From assembly GCA_964199315.1 (NCBI GenBank), contig OZ116698.1, positions 9,796,001 to 9,860,000 on the forward strand: a stretch of DNA of 64,000 nt, written 5' to 3'. Positions 23,401-33,513 of the stretch are shown piece after piece (the first letter of the stretch is position 1; each line of letters starts with the position of its first letter). A program made the position numbers and the translations under genes. This DNA is from Orbicella franksi (taxonomy: Eukaryota). Below the pieces are notes generated by a model, which was not told where the DNA came from, made no database searches, and was given only the letters and a program-made list of their open reading frames with translations.

Positions 23401-26400
23401 AACTCTCTTCCCAAGAAACATCACTTACCTGTGACTGGAACGGGCGGTGGCTGCTGTGGTGGTGGGGCTGGTGGGGGTGCCACTGGTGGCGCTGCAGGAG
23501 GGGCTAGCGAAGGTGGTGGAGACGGCGGCGGCGGTGGTGGTGGGGCTAGCGGTGGTGGCGGCGGTGGCGATGGTGGTGGTGGTGATGGTGGTGGGGAAGG
23601 TGGAGGTTGAGGTGGAGGTCCTGCTGGTGGTGGAGCTGGTGGAGCCATTGCTGGGGGCTCTGCTGGCGGTGGAGGTGGTGGCGGTGGTGGTGGCGGCGGC
23701 GGCGGTGGTGGTGCAGGTGGTGGTGCAGGGGGTGGTGCAGGCGGTGGTGCAGGTGGAGGAGGAAGTGGTGGGGGAGCTGGAGATGCTGGAGGTGCTGGTG
23801 GCTGCCCTGCAGGAGCCGTTGGTGGTGCTGGTGTTATCTGTGGAGGGGCGGCTGGTGGAGGTGACGGTGGCGCTGGACTCGGCGCTTAAATGACAAAAGA
23901 TAAAATAAATTTCTCACTGGAGAATAACTTTATACAATAATTTAATATGAAGTTATCAAAATAGAGCAGATCAATCAAACCTATTGCAGTTTTCAAGATA
24001 CGACCTCATAATTATATTCAACAACTCGGATAACGCTAAAAACGCATGTAATAAGGAACTGGTTTGTGTTTACCTTACACACATTCCACGCACATTCCAC
24101 ACGCATTCATTCATACGCTCGTTCCACGCATATTTCAATCATCATGATTATCTGGTTGTTTTGAAAACGGCAAGGATTGACCACGTGACTGGCGTGGGTA
24201 CAGCTGCCTGCTCTTCTCAAAAGAGTTCAGTCATGCTAACAAACATCTCATGTTGAGAGTGAAATTTACATTTAAAATTTATGTTTAAAAGCTCAATTAG
24301 CATTCTATTTCGACGGTTAGGCCCACCGTCTACGCTAATCCGTGACGAAAACGGAGCTTTTGAAAAACGCTCTTCAAACCGAAGGAATTTGAAAACACAG
24401 GCTTTACGTTTTAGCATGGACGAAAATCATTTTGAAAACGAAGCTTTTCGAAAACGTTGACGTCACGATAATGCGTTTTCCTCAAACACAAATCCAATCT
24501 GACCTGAGATTGTTGCGTTTTCAAATTTCTCCGGCATAGTGTGAAAGGGACCTCAGTTTAAGAAATTATCTTTTTGACCAAAACAAAGGTCATAATCTAC
24601 CCATTCAAAAATAACGTGTTGCTCGCAACTTGGTCTTTAGTCGTGGCTTGTCACGTGAGGAAAAACCAATATTATTCGGTAGGTTCTGATTGGTCTTTGG
24701 TTTAGAGTGGTTTTCAATTGAGTCATAAATTCAAAACCAAATCAATTACCTACCAGTTAGACCACTAAGCTCTCAAATCGTAGGAAAACCAAAATCAAAA
24801 CCAAAGTAATTGCCTCGTTACGTTAGATACTCAGAATATTGAATAATGTTCTATATCTAATTGCATTAAGATCAGCTAGAGGTAAATATTCCTATCACGT
24901 GATCTTGCCAAAGTAAAACCATACGTCGAACAGAGTCGTTGCTAGGCATGGAAAGAAAGTGACGAACTTTGATAGATTGCCAATTTTTTAGACCAATGTT
25001 TCATGTATAAATTTACAACCTTATGGTGGTTTGAAGGTTTTACGATAAAAGGAGAATTTACGATGAAAACATTGGTGGATGGCACACTTTGCTAAGTCCA
25101 TCTTTCAAGCCATCGTAACATCTTTCACGTGACCATTTAGGCCCTATTCATTGGAGACAAAATTAACATAATTCTGGGAATAAAGTATATCTTTACGATG
25201 CTTAAGTCCAGTTTTTGGCTTCGAAACTCACCTGGTACACCAGTTACTTGAACGTTAATATATTCCGAGCAGTCAGTTCTAGGCATAACTGAAATGGTTT
25301 TGTCACCATCCAAGTGAAGTATGAGCTGTCCGTAAAGATCTTTTGCTCTAAAAGTGATAAACTTGTGAAGGTCAGGGTTTTTGAACGTTAGTCTTATTTT
25401 GAACTCATCCCCAGTAACTTGCCATCCCGTTGCTTTCATGTGTGATATAAGGTGGAACGGATGACCAATCATGTTGATGAAACGAAGTGCAATACATTTG
25501 CCTGTGAAACAAAGTGATATTTTTTTGTTTAATGGGAGGTTCTATTTAAGCCCTTATCATACAGGTTAAGAAATTTCTTCCGCTTTATAGGTTAATAATA
25601 CATTCACTTTCACGAAATAGTTGTAAAGCACCCGAGAGGTTATTGTTATAGATTTTCCCAATAGGGAATAGTACATTCAGAAACAAGATGCGAACGTTTT
25701 TGTCCCACAGTATGTGCAAAAAACATTGTGTTCTTTGGATGGCTAAGACTTTTAAACATTCTAAAATGCCTTTTGGCGTAAAAACAGGAATGGGATAACT
25801 ACATGTAAGGCAAACTATTAGCCAGATTAAGAATGGGAAAGTTGGAGTTGACTGAAGAAAACAAACGCCCTTCGTTAAAGCATGTTATGAATAAAACATT
25901 TTAAAAGTGGCGTCGTTCATGACCCATGTAAAGTAATTATCCTGATTACTTCCTGGCGGTCCGGAGGGATATACAGGTTTTCCAGGAACAGTCGGAGGTG
26001 GCGGTTCCCCAGGTATACTTGGAGGTTGTCCTGGTGGCCCAGGAGGAATCTCAGGCTGCTCTGGTTCTTGTGGACCTATTGTGTCACAATTTTTGTAGGG
26101 ATTGTCGTTCATTGCGTATGGGACAGCAATAAAGGAGCTTTCCAGTGCAAATTCGCTTGTGTGATTGTCGAAAGCCGCTGCTGTTTTCCACGAAGATCCA
26201 ACTTTATCTGAAGCCGTTAAATACCAGCCTTGATGAATCAAGCCAAACGAAAATGTGTCTTTAAGATCCGGACGACGACCAATGTAGAAGGTGGCGTCCT
26301 TAGCTGAAAAGGTAATAACAATAACAATAACGATAACGATAACGATAAGGATAACGATAACAATGGTAACTTTATTTAAGTGTCAAATCAAAGAATATGA

Positions 26401-29400
26401 ATACAGATATTTGGAAGTAAGAGTCTTTCCATGAAAGAGAAAACGACAGAAAAAATAGAGAAAAAAAAGTTAATAAATAGCTTCAGTTTCTTTAAACGTT
26501 TAACAAATTGTATTTAGTCAGACAGCGATTTGCCCGGGAACTTGGCAGAACGGCCAACGTGAAAAATCGCTTCGTACGCTTGGCCCGAGGTGGGTGCGGA
26601 AGGGCGAAAGGGGAGGAGAGGTACCAAACATCGTTTAAACTTAGAGAGTGCCTAAACCGCGTTGCCATCCTTAACATTTCTATACTCCTTCATAAACTAA
26701 CTTTGGTAGAAAAAGTAACCCTTTCCGCATTTGTTTTCCATATAGAATGGTAGTTCTTTCTCATATCTTCAGTAGGCACATTGCATCCTTTTCATCTAAC
26801 CTGGTTTTAGTAATCTCTTAAAAATACTTTGATGATTATCCATTCCGGTACGGTGCATTCTTTTGAGACATTTTGAAAAGGGCCTTTAAAAATACCCAAA
26901 CAGCAGTTTTCCACCATCCAGTTTACATACATACCAACTCACAACATGCCTACCCCTATATACCTTCAGTCGCAAAAAGGTGTTTGTGGACAAGGCCTCC
27001 CTACACAGACCATTATAGGGACTAGAACTCCCTCCTTTGAAACATCTGGACTAACGTTAAACAGCGACAAACCTGTCATTATATCATTGGGCCCCGAGGG
27101 AAACAGTCCGTTTTGTTTTCCCTCGATTTTCCAAGGCTCTTGGGAGAACAAAACTAATTTAATTGTTTTTCAAGGGACCAGTAATTAAGTGTTTTGCTTT
27201 ATAGCTGGAGTTTAGTGTAAAGAAATAAGGCAATATGAACCTCTGCTCAGTGGAAGAGCAGGCGATAATTGCTTGATTGTCGCACTCCGGGCAACATTTG
27301 GATTTAGGCATTGCCACGTGACAATAAATCAACCAATAAGAGTAATACGTGATCTTGAGCAGCTCTGAGAAATCAGAAATTACTTCTTATTATGATGTAT
27401 TCACTGAATATTTACCAAAGTTTAAACTCGCGTGGGTTGCTCTAAGCATAAAACCATATTTCTTTTGCCTCAGGAAATAGCCTCGTTTGCAGTAGGACTC
27501 CAAAGAGATGGTGTTTCGATCCCGGCTGAACCCGGGAACATGTGCAATGAAGTATTGGCCAGCTGGTCCTATCATAAGGTCTTCACCCTTGACGTATAAG
27601 AGTGCGTTCTGTTGGTAATTCTGTGTGGCGGGATGGTTTATAGAGTAAATTAGATACATCGCGCCCTGCCTGACTGAAAAACGAAAGAGAGGAAAAAAAC
27701 AAAAATCAGCAAATGGCTTCCCACTTCTATGGTCAGAATAATTTGACCCTTCTAAAACAGGAACCTTCATCAGCTGCGGTGCTCCGTGCTTCTGCGAAAC
27801 TCGCTGTTAGTTACCCTTTTTATATGCCCCGACGTAAAGAGAGTTGGATTACTGAAGTTCCGAAGTTGTAGAGGCACCTTGCATACATGTAGTGTGATTG
27901 GTTTCAGTCAAGTGAACTCTCGAAAGAAAATTACTTACAGGATTTTGCTGCTCCACTGCTGGTAACCTCCGTCGCTGCAGTGGCACTAGCTGTAGCCATA
28001 GCAGCTGCAGATATAGCGGCTATTGCTCCAGCAGCTCCACCGGCTGATGCTCCTGCTCCTGCTATACTTGCTGCACCTGCTGCAGCTCCGGCTCCAGCTC
28101 CGGCTCCGGCACCGGCACCAGCTCCCGCTCCACCTCCTGCACCAGCACCTGCTCCAGCACCCGCCCCGGCAGCGGCAGCGGAAGCGGCAGCAGCAGCTCC
28201 ACCCCCTCCACCCACAACACCACCCACAATAGGTAGACCAACCGTTACTCCCGCTTCTGCTTCTGCCTCCGCACCGGCTCCTGCTGCGGCTCCACCACCG
28301 GCTGCGGCTCCACCACCGGCTTCGGCTCCACCACCTGCCTCAGCTCCTCCACCTGCCTCAGCTCCACCGGCTCCTCCCCCTCCTCCTCCTCCACCACCAC
28401 CAGCGCCTCCACCAGTGGTTCCTGCCGTGCCAGCTGTACCAGCAGTACCAGCCGTTCCAGCTGTTCCAGCAGTACCACCAGTCGCGGCAGTACCTCCTCC
28501 TCCTCCGCCACCGCCTCCTCCACCACCCCCGCCTCCTGCTCCTTGCGTCGGCTTCTCGGTGGGAGGATGCTGACCGAAAATGTTAAAAGTGCCACCACTC
28601 TGTACTTGTGCCATTAATATTTTTTGAACAGTTTCCAGCGCTATCATGTGGGCTATTCGTTTACCAGCCTCTTCACCAGCTTTCATCCCCGCCTCCAGTC
28701 CAGCTTTTGCCCCGGCTTCGGCTCCAGCCTTAGCTCCCGTCTTTGCTCCTTCCTGGGCCCCGCTGCTGGCTCCTGCCTGGGCTCCTGCGTAGGCTCCAAC
28801 TGTAGCAGCGTGAACAACTGAATTGTTTCCGGTTATTACAGCTGAATAAAAGGGAAAAATGTGACGTCTTCAGTTCTTTTAAAAACCGTTGACTACACCT
28901 CGTCCAGAGAGTGCATAATCCTGTAAAAGAGGCTTCTCTTCTGATTTTTTTTTAAGCCAATCTTGTAGCGATTAATGCAAAAAAAAAAAAAAACAGTTAC
29001 TTTTAGACCAAAAAAAAACTTGCTATAAACGTTTCATCGAAACCTATTATACGTCTGAAATTTGCTAAAACGAAGGACTATCAAATATTTACTCTGAGAA
29101 AATCCCTGAGTATACTTACGAATAGCAGATTCATTTCCACCGGCGTGCGGAATTGAAACACCTGGTATTCCTGACGGTATTCCTGGTATTGAGTTTTTTC
29201 TTTCTTTTCCATGGACTGAAATATGAATTATAAATGCAAATTCGTGTTAAGGTTACAGTATACCTTCAGATCGGCAATTTTCTTCAAATTTGGATTTTTG
29301 GTTCAAACTAATGGTCGAAGAGTAATCTCTAATTTCTGAAAACAAAATTGAAAAAAACCTAATATTGGCGGAGAAATGGATGTTTTACGTTATGGCCGGA

Positions 29401-32400
29401 AGTAAAAGTTCCCTCTTGATTGACAGCCCTATAACGTGTATGCAATCAACCGAGACTACTTTCGCGGGAATATTACCGATATGGATACCACGAATTGGCT
29501 GGCTACTCAGTTAATCAGCATTGTTAATCCAAGCATTTTTCGTGTTAGATGTAATTCTATTAAGTTATAAGTAAACATGGACCACGGAAAACTCCGTTTA
29601 CCAGTTCGAAAGAGCGAAGAATGAATAAAAATACATCAATGAGTGAAGAAGCGAAAGTTGGCCTCGCGGATGAAGCTACGGACGTATCAAGCGGGCAAAA
29701 AGATCGAGTCAAGAGAAGAGAAAGGTTGTGTAAAATTTGGGAACTCGACAGCGATAACAGCGATGTTTACAGTGACTCTTTTGTTGAGTTCGATACCGAT
29801 GAATCATCCAACTCATTGAGATCCATTGCAATATTATCCATGCACATTTGCTCTGCCGCGCTTTCTTTTGTTTGTTCTCGTCGCCCAGCTACTCTAACGT
29901 TCGTATCCTTTTTCGTCTTCCCCGTTTTGCCAAACCAGCTTCAAGAAAAACCCAGCTGCAGAAAAATTATCTCTCCGCCTTGAGCGCATTGCGAAACGCA
30001 AGGTTTTTTTTTTGCAGATTCACGCGTAAATTTCACCGCGAGTTAATGGTAGTAAATTTTCCAAGCGCTGATTGGCTCAGTGATCTGAGAACCCAGTTGA
30101 AGGCGTTTGTGGGCGGAGTTTGTTTGCGAAGTAAGATATTTTTCTTAGCGCTGTTTTCTCGGATAAATTTTTTCACTTGAAGCAGACACTTTAAAAAGTT
30201 ACAACTCAAACGGAATTTGTTTGTTTGCCCTCAAATTTGGACAGTAGCTAGATTAACATATAAAAAACAAAAACGTGTCTGCGAATTGTTTATTTCAAAA
30301 TTTTTTTTATCCGAGAGCGATTTTTGCACGATCACTTCACATTTTTTTAATCCTATTTCGAAAATGTTCTGAAACTTTTTACTACAATTGAATATGGAAA
30401 AACGCAGACACGCTTTTTTAGCGCTTTTTGTCCTGAAACCGAGGAAAAAAATAAATTGGCGAAAAACAAAATTCGCTTTGACTTGTAGCTTCCAAAAGGT
30501 GATTAGGACGCTTGCATTTGGTGACCGTGAAAAAATTGGCAATTCATTTTGTTTCAAAATTTTTGGTATGGTTTGATAGCCAGCTCTATAAGCTTTAATT
30601 TGATATAGGGGCTTAGGTATCTACAGCTTAAACCGGACGCGCTACATGGCTTGGACGCGAGACACCCCTGAAGGTATACGGTAACCTTAAGTCGCTCAAG
30701 TGTGATAATTTACACAATTAATATATTTGCTTGCTTTTGTCCTGGTTTAACCTCATTAAAGGAGATGTACGGCTGGCTGAAGATTTCGGAATAGGAAGAC
30801 GTTACTTTCATACCTTACTTGCATTCATTGTACAGGTGGACTAAGTAGTGTTTGTAGTAACTCGTGGCGTATTTAAGGAGGTGTCCAAAACAAATAGATG
30901 AGTCAAGAAGTGTAACTAAAGCCTTATAGTTTGAAAGGTGTGGAACTTAACTCGTGTAAAGCATAGTTACTAAGTACGTAAAACTGTGGGAGGCAGTATT
31001 TTTACCTTGCTAATGATAAAAATATATGGGAAAGTATGGGATTGAGCACCCGACATCATAATAACGCGGCCAGTGCCATGTATACTTAGTTGTGCCTTAA
31101 AATAAAAAAAATAGTTAAAACTCTGTGGAAGAGTTAGCACAAATATTAAATACTAAAAAAGCCATCCTCTCATGTATAGCACCTCATTTCGCTGTTAGAA
31201 CTACCTGGAAAAATATTTCGGGCCACCTGCAGTGGACTTGCAAGACCCCATGCAAGGCAGCTGGTAAAATTCTTATCCGGTTTTGCTATGGGACCAATTC
31301 TTGGGCTACCTAACATTCAGTCCAACATTCCAATCTGCACTCTAATGCTGACCATTAGATCACTGCGCTTATCATGTTACTAGCTTTTCCTGTTCGCATG
31401 GAACTGTTTCGCGCGATTAGTTTCATAAGTGGTTGGTGTTGACACCACTAACCTCCGGCCAGGATGGAAATTTAGTTTCCACGAATAAAATAATCCTGTC
31501 CTAACCAGAGTAATGGTTCTGGAAGGTTATAAACATTGAAAAATGTAAATAGTTTTCTGTAAATAGGCACTAAAAAGTTTTATTTCTTTGTCTTTATGAT
31601 CCCTTATGTGAGCCTGGAGGCAAACATGTTCTTAAACTGCACCTACCTATCTACCCTCTCAAGTCTTTTCACGCTTGATTAACTTTTAATTTGTTTATAT
31701 CCTTACTTTGTATTTACATCTTAGGCAGATCAAGATAGCTTAATTGTTAAGTGTCCTGACTTCAATCATTTCTTATAACTTGTGATAATTATGAGCAGCA
31801 ATACCGTCAAAATAATTATTATGATACAGTTTTGCATAACAAATTAAGTAAACCCTTACTTTTGGCTAAATAATAAAATAATTGCTCCCCCCAGGCCAGG
31901 GAATTGGCCAGGGCTCGAACCCGGACCACTCGACAGGAGGGCAACGCAATTGCCACAAGGCTAGCGTGCATGTTTTGAACTGTTAATTCTTGACTACTGA
32001 GTAAAGGAAATACCGTAAAATCCCACGTGAAAGTCCTGGGCTTATATAACTCCATAAGGGGTTTTGGGTGGACTCATAAACGGGCGGGAGGGGGGCTTAT
32101 ATCCGGGGGCGCATATCAGCAGAATAAAAACGGAACGACGAGAAAAAACGTATCTGAGAAACGAATTGAAGCTAACATACAATTCCATTTAGAGCTGTTA
32201 CCTTATTACCCATTACCGTATTAATCTATTACCCTATTAGCCTATAACCTTCGATTAAAAATTTTGATCTTTGTAAAAAAAACGTAAAAGGAACGCACTT
32301 ATACTTTATATGGACTTATATGAGGAATAATATCTTTGTTAGCAAATAGAAGGGCTTACATTCGGGAGGGGGGAGGGCTTATAACCGGGGGGGGCTTTAA

Positions 32401-33513
32401 CGTTGGATTTTACGGTATTGATAACGATAAATTTAATTCTTTGAATTCTAAGTACCCGATGCTTCAAAATGCCAGGATTGTGTTGAATTATTGCTTTTTT
32501 TTTTTGTAATTTGCCATAGTGAAAGAACATGACTGCATTTGCTAGATGAGGTTCACTGGTTTTTCAGTGTTTACCGTTGTGAGCTACACTCCATAAATAA
32601 AGTTGATTATTATTATTATTATTATTATTACTATTATTAAAAGGTGCAAGTTTGGCTTCCTTTTATTTTGTGCCAAGCCAAGATTAATACTTACGTCTAA
32701 AATTTGTGACATTTAATTTAGCAGTATACAACTCGGACCACAGAAGCTTAACAGGTAAGACTCCCCCCTGCAATATAACTGTCCACGCTGAGGAAATGTT
32801 CATCATTACACGGAAAGAGTTAACTTTACTTTGAAACCTGGATTAAAATTCAGTTACTAATTAAGGGATGAAACTTCATTTTTTGGCTGCACCGAGGGAC
32901 ACCTGTGATTACATTACTTGTGATTGTTAGGAACGTAGACTCGATGACAGAAATTCTACCCAAACTAATGAACTGCAGATCAACGGTTAAATGTTTTGGC
33001 TGACAGGTTAGTCTCAGATTCCGTAAAATATATGGCCACCCGTGATCCAAGCGTAACTAATAACCTTCTCTCTTTATTTGAAAACACTCTAAGCTGCAAT
33101 GTTTACTCTCTTTTAACGGGGTAAGTACCTTTGAAGGACAAATAAGAAAATGGACTATGTGGAGAGCCCGTGCTCTAGTTTCTGGGAACGATAAAACTGG
33201 ATTGTTTGTGGCAGGTATAAGCCATTTAGGTCGGTTAAAAACGTCGCCATTTATCTGACATCTTTGAGAGAAGCCAAATCGCCTCCGGCTATGGTCAGAA
33301 GTGTTTATCATTTTGTACTGTTTACAATTTCAGTTTATTTTAGGAATCTTCCAGGTGTAAGAACCAGTGATTCAAACCAAGCAAAAAATTCCACCTACCA
33401 ATCGCACGGTGTCTTGCTCCATTGAAACGGCCGTGTGGTTTGGGCTTTCTTCCAGCACTGATCAGCGTCAATGTTAAAACGATGAACACACAGAAACCTC
33501 GAAGAATTTTCAT
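16423..33513 (-). CDS. Gene A, long isoform (~1,310 aa): secreted Gly/Ala-rich + AbfB-like + unnamed domain + polyproline + 2x FN2 + 5x minicollagen-type CRD
   Basis: Exons 33513-33399 (signal peptide MKILRGFCVFIVLTLTLISA), 29215-29120, 28841-27939, 27673-27416, 26303-25950 (donor uncertain), 25501-25232, 23884-23429, 22645-22613, 22430-22389, 19061-18897, 18523-18353, 17489-16423. All junctions are phase 1 and the sum is 3,930 nt. Minus-strand AATAAA at 16356-16361. Confidence 0.75.
18353..19061 (-). CDS. Gene A, two fibronectin type II domain exons
   Basis: GGNSEGACCMFPFTYNGEDYNSC...WCATTKDYDTDNKWGYC and GGNAHGACCQFPFTYNG...PWCGTTYSYDRDGKWGFC. Confidence 0.92.
19887..21427 (-). CDS. Gene A alternative terminal exon: atypical CRD, 6-Cys motif, Gln-rich coiled coil, acidic stretch, basic tail
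   Basis: Acceptor at 21428, open for 1,541 nt to TAA at 19887 (ORF 19887-21290). Phase 1, matching exon 22430-22389. Minus-strand AATAAA at 19713-19718. Confidence 0.8.
23429..23884 (-). CDS. Gene A polyproline exon
   Basis: APSPAPPSPPPAAPP...PPPVPVTG, flanked by an AG acceptor and a GTAAGT donor. Confidence 0.85.
24319..24553. mobile_element. Degraded MITE
   Basis: Imperfect termini AGGCCCACCGTCTACGCTA / TAGTGTGAAAGGGACCT and internal (TTTGAAAAC) motifs. Confidence 0.45.
25950..27673 (-). CDS. Gene A AbfB-like (beta-trefoil carbohydrate-binding) domain + Pro-rich linker, 2 exons
   Basis: HVPGFSRDRNTISLESYCKRGYFLRQ...F/AKDATF resembles the AbfB/CBM42-type motif ISLES..PG.FLR...F..DATF seen in otogelin-like proteins. 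Confidence 0.65.
27939..28841 (-). CDS. Gene A Gly/Ala-rich exon (GAxAG zipper, poly-G, GTA and GA repeats, poly-A)
   Basis: 903-nt exon with a good acceptor and a GTAAGT donor. Its N-terminal GAxAG run is homologous to gene B exon 52349-52108. Confidence 0.85.
29251..30686. mobile_element. Non-autonomous DNA transposon, Kolobok-like (TTAA target site)
   Basis: TTAA at 29247-29250 and 30687-30690. 19-bp inverted repeats GGTTACAGTATACCTTCAG / CTGAAGGTATACGGTAACC (1 mismatch). Lies in the first coding intron of gene A. Confidence 0.8.
32011..32417. mobile_element. MITE, Tc1/mariner-type TA target
   Basis: TACCGTAAAATCC ... GGATTTTACGGTA termini. Confidence 0.75.

Noticed and set aside
23447-23893. 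Plus-strand Val-rich and Trp/Arg-rich ORFs
   Set aside because: Antisense of the gene A polyproline exon.
27980-28573. Plus-strand Pro/Ala-rich ORF
   Set aside because: Antisense shadow of the Gly/Ala exon. The splice sites, phase continuity and homology to gene B are all on the minus strand.
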